This document shows positions 61,254 to 64,000 of a stretch of DNA of 64,000 nt, piece after piece. The stretch spans positions 1,984,001 to 2,048,000 of the forward strand of contig OZ244052.1 of NCBI GenBank assembly GCA_965215125.1, in the 5' to 3' direction. This DNA comes from an uncultured candidatus Porisulfidus sp. (GTDB lineage: Bacteria > Pseudomonadota > Gammaproteobacteria > Poriferisulfidales > Oxydemutatoraceae). How positions within the stretch are numbered: position 1 is the stretch's first letter; the number at the start of each line of letters is the position of its first letter. The translations under genes were made by a program, and so were the position numbers. The notes under the pieces are model-generated. The model did no database searches. It was not told where the DNA came from and saw nothing but the letters and a program-made list of their open reading frames with translations.

Positions 61254-61696
61254 CCGATACGATATATGTTAGACATACACACTTTAAACCCGATCTCGCC
61301 GGGTTGATGAACTTATACGGAAATAACTACCGATTGCTGAGCACGTTGCTGGAATATTTGGACGATAACCAAAATTCCATACGAAACAAAAATGGTTATA
61401 CCTTAAAAATACATAAAGGTCGTCACAGTCGCTACACGCAAAACATGGATCTGCATTATAGTTTCCACACCCGAAGGCGAGGACGCAAAATTACCGTAGC
61501 GATTGCCAGCTTCAAAGTTCAACTCTATTTAGATACCCGTCAAGTGGCAGTGGTTTGTAGTCAAATACAACTAAAAAAATCTTCTCCTATACGCAGCCTG
61601 CTCTTGTCGCTACAAACGAAATGGTACTATAACCGGTGCCTCGGAACCGTGTTAAGAAGTTTCTTTACTCACCGTATACCGACACAACTCCGGTAA
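61250..61696 (+). CDS. DUF1249 (YqiB-like) protein
   Basis: LMNLYGNNYRLL, SRYT, VQLYLDT, KWYYN. Confidence 0.6.
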   Translation: MTDTIYVRHTHFKPDLAGLMNLYGNNYRLLSTLLEYLDDNQNSIRNKNGYTLKIHKGRHSRYTQNMDLHYSFHTRRRGRKITVAIASFKVQLYLDTRQVAVVCSQIQLKKSSPIRSLLLSLQTKWYYNRCLGTVLRSFFTHRIPTQLR

Positions 61697-61847
61697 CGGA
61701 ATACCCTATATTCTCCTTATATAAAACCGTTCGTCGGGTATTTAGGGTGGTTCATAAAAATTAGGAAAACCGTGCTATGGGGTCTGGATAATCTATATGT
61801 TGGTTTGCCTTAGGGCATTAATTTACATATAATTCAAAGGAGTAAAA

Positions 61848-62193
61848 ATGAGTAGAATGATCAATCGAAGCACGGAAACTTTTCACGATGCACAAATTGG
61901 AACAAGCAGGAATGTCGAGAGCACAAGCGGAAATAATGGCGCGTGCGATTGACCGACAAGTATCAATGTCAATGCAAGAAGTGCTGGATAAAATAGACGC
62001 TCGTTTTGATGCGCACGAGGCACTCTACGAGGCACGTTTTCAGTCTATAGAAAACCGTATTGACGCTGTTGAAAAGCATATTGATATAGTTGAGAAAAGA
62101 TTATCGTGGCTATACGTAGAAAGCATTGTGTCTATATGTGTCATCGGTGCCGGCTTTACCGGTGTCATTATCGCTTTATTGCGTATGGGCTAA
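61848..62193 (+). pseudogene. DUF1640-like paralog of 4257-4517 with an early frameshift (or N-truncated protein from ATG 61888)
   Basis: AAGGAG RBS plus ATG 61848 encode MSRMINRSTETF, homologous to MSKPINSSEEVF, but 40 nt before and out of frame with MHKLEQAGMSRAQAE. Confidence 0.65.
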
Positions 62194-62204
62194 ATCGTTA
62201 TCTA

Positions 62205-62249
62205 CCGGCGGACATGCGAGTCCGCCCCTACACTCAATCGGCGGTTCTA
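62205..62249. repeat. REP hairpin plus half of a TCAATCGG hairpin
   Basis: ggcggacatgcgagtccgcccctac then tcaatcggcggttcta, between convergent genes. Confidence 0.8.
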
Positions 62250-62250
62250 C

Positions 62251-63594
62251 TTAGTTCGCTTCGGATTTTATATGTTCAATAATGGCATCACCGAAACCCG
62301 AAGTGGTGACTAATTTGGCTCCCGGCATAAGTCTTTGCAGTTCTTCGCTTATGTTTCCCAGCTTGGGTCCTCTTGCGGCGGGAATACCGCCGCGTACCCT
62401 TGCAAGGTCGTAGGTTACGGTCTTGTTGGAGATAGCCGATGCGATGCCGTGAATTACCAAATCGGCAGCTTCGTGCCATCCGATATGTCTTAGCATCATT
62501 TCTGCGGAAAGAATGATTGAACCAGGGTTGACGCGATTCTTACCGGCGTATTTGGGCGCGCTACCGTGGGTTGCTTCAAACACCGCAACTTGATCCGACA
62601 TATTAGCCCCCGGTGCGATGCCGATACCGCCCACCTGAGCCGCCAAAGCGTCGGAGATATAATCGCCGTTCAAGTTAAGTGTCGCAATCACGTCGTATTC
62701 GTCCGGTTTAAGAAGTATTTGCTGTAGAAAATTGTCCGCGATAATATCCTTGATTAGAATGGTCTCTCCCGAGTATTTAGGGTTCTCTATCGTACACCAA
62801 GGCCCGCCGTTCAATTCTTTAGCCCCGAATTCGGAGACGGCAAGTTCGTATCCCCAGTTGCGAAACGCACCTTCGGTATATTTCATGATATTACCTTTAT
62901 GTACCAGCGACACCGATTGACGACGGTTTTCTATTGCGTAGCGTATTGCTTTTCTAATCAAACGTTGTGACCCTTCTCGGGATACCGGTTTGATGCCCAA
63001 GCCGCAATGGTCGGGGAAGCGTATCTCGGTCACATCCATTTTGTGCTTCAGAAAATCCAAAACTTTTTTGACATTGAGTGAGTCGGCTTTCCATTCTATA
63101 CCGGCATAGATATCCTCGGTGTTTTCACGGAACACGACCATATCGGTAGTCTCGGAATCTTTGAGCGGGGTGGGTGTGCCGGAGAAGTAACGTATCGGTC
63201 TAACGCAGGCAAATAAATCCAGTTGCTGACGAATTGCAACATTCAAAGAGCGTATGCCGCCGCCGACCGGTGTCGTTAGCGGTCCTTTTATAGCAATGCT
63301 GTATTCGTTGATTGCATCATAAGTCTCACTCGGCAACCATTGATTCTGTCCATAAAGCTCAATCGCTTTTTCACCGGCATAAATTTCCATCCATTCAATA
63401 CGCCGTTTATCGTTGTAGGCGTATTTGACGGCGGTGTCTACAACTCTGCGCATCACCGGTGTCACATCAATACCAATACCGTCTCCTTCAATAAAAGGAA
63501 TGATCGGACAATCCGGCACCGAGATGCTACCGTCCGCCGACATCTTTATTATTGCTCCTTGCTGCGGAACTTTGATGTTACTACTTTTTGCCAT
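62251..63594 (-). CDS. icd: NADP-dependent isocitrate dehydrogenase
   Basis: [44 protein letters not shown]. Confidence 0.97.
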   Translation of the reverse strand: MAKSSNIKVPQQGAIIKMSADGSISVPDCPIIPFIEGDGIGIDVTPVMRRVVDTAVKYAYNDKRRIEWMEIYAGEKAIELYGQNQWLPSETYDAINEYSIAIKGPLTTPVGGGIRSLNVAIRQQLDLFACVRPIRYFSGTPTPLKDSETTDMVVFRENTEDIYAGIEWKADSLNVKKVLDFLKHKMDVTEIRFPDHCGLGIKPVSREGSQRLIRKAIRYAIENRRQSVSLVHKGNIMKYTEGAFRNWGYELAVSEFGAKELNGGPWCTIENPKYSGETILIKDIIADNFLQQILLKPDEYDVIATLNLNGDYISDALAAQVGGIGIAPGANMSDQVAVFEATHGSAPKYAGKNRVNPGSIILSAEMMLRHIGWHEAADLVIHGIASAISNKTVTYDLARVRGGIPAARGPKLGNISEELQRLMPGAKLVTTSGFGDAIIEHIKSEAN

Positions 63595-63628
63595 TTGTGC
63601 TTTAAGAAATCCGGATCGGCTTAGACGA

Positions 63629-64000
63629 TTAAAATTGATCCTCCTCGGTTGAACCGGTTAGCGCAGTGACGGATGAAGTGCCACCTTGGATTACGGTAGT
63701 TACATCATCAAAGTATCCGGTGCCTACTTCGGCTTGGTGGCTTGAAAAGGTATAGCCTCTATCGAGTGCCGAAAATTCCTTTTCCTGCACCATATCTACA
63801 TAAGCCGTCATACCGTTCTTAACATAGTTATCGGCTAAATCAAACATGTGGTACCACATATTGTGTATGCCGGCTAGCGTAATAAACTGATATTTATAAC
63901 CCATTGCACCCAATTCTTGTTGGAACTTGGCGATCATCTTCTCGTCTAGATTTTTGCGCCAATTAAAGGAGGGTGAACAGTTATATGCAAGCATTTGCTC
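63629..64000 (-). CDS. aceA: isocitrate lyase, C-terminal part (5' end outside the window)
   Basis: [37 protein letters not shown]. Confidence 0.95.
   Translation of the reverse strand, partial: EQMLAYNCSPSFNWRKNLDEKMIAKFQQELGAMGYKYQFITLAGIHNMWYHMFDLADNYVKNGMTAYVDMVQEKEFSALDRGYTFSSHQAEVGTGYFDDVTTVIQGGTSSVTALTGSTEEDQF

Noticed and set aside
9423-62249. Recurrent 25-45 bp palindromes as a CRISPR array
   Set aside because: Copies are dispersed, in both orientations and nested, with no regular repeat-spacer period and no cas genes.

Overview
This 64 kb window looks like chromosome from a gammaproteobacterium, probably host-associated and marine (inferred from gene content, not proven). Most of it is housekeeping: cbbQ/norQ-like AAA ATPase, pfk, adk, purEK, ilvE, hldE, slt, rimP-nusA-infB-rbfA-truB, moaA, lptD-surA-pdxA, tRNA-Ser, pstCAB/phoU, sat-cysC/argD/argF, sdhCDAB-sdhE, icd and aceA. 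About a dozen intergenic gaps hold a mosaic of short palindromic repeats: GTAG-type REP hairpins, two other hairpin families and MITE-like units with GGGGCTGTTGAAAA ends. The strongest signal is a complete IS110-family element at 14246-15580, inserted in the loop of one REP hairpin. Its whole IS621-type bridge-recombination logic can be read from the sequence: a duplicated 2-bp core (CA on the element strand), a sigma70 promoter formed only at the circle junction, and a structured non-coding RNA whose two internal loops match the REP target and the element's own donor junction. Next to it are three paralogous unknown helical proteins with type III effector-like N-termini, two ending in a PDZ-binding ET-x-V motif. 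The window also has a 3012-aa modular secreted protein and a dispersed family of small DUF1640-like membrane-anchored proteins. All alignments and folds were done by eye.
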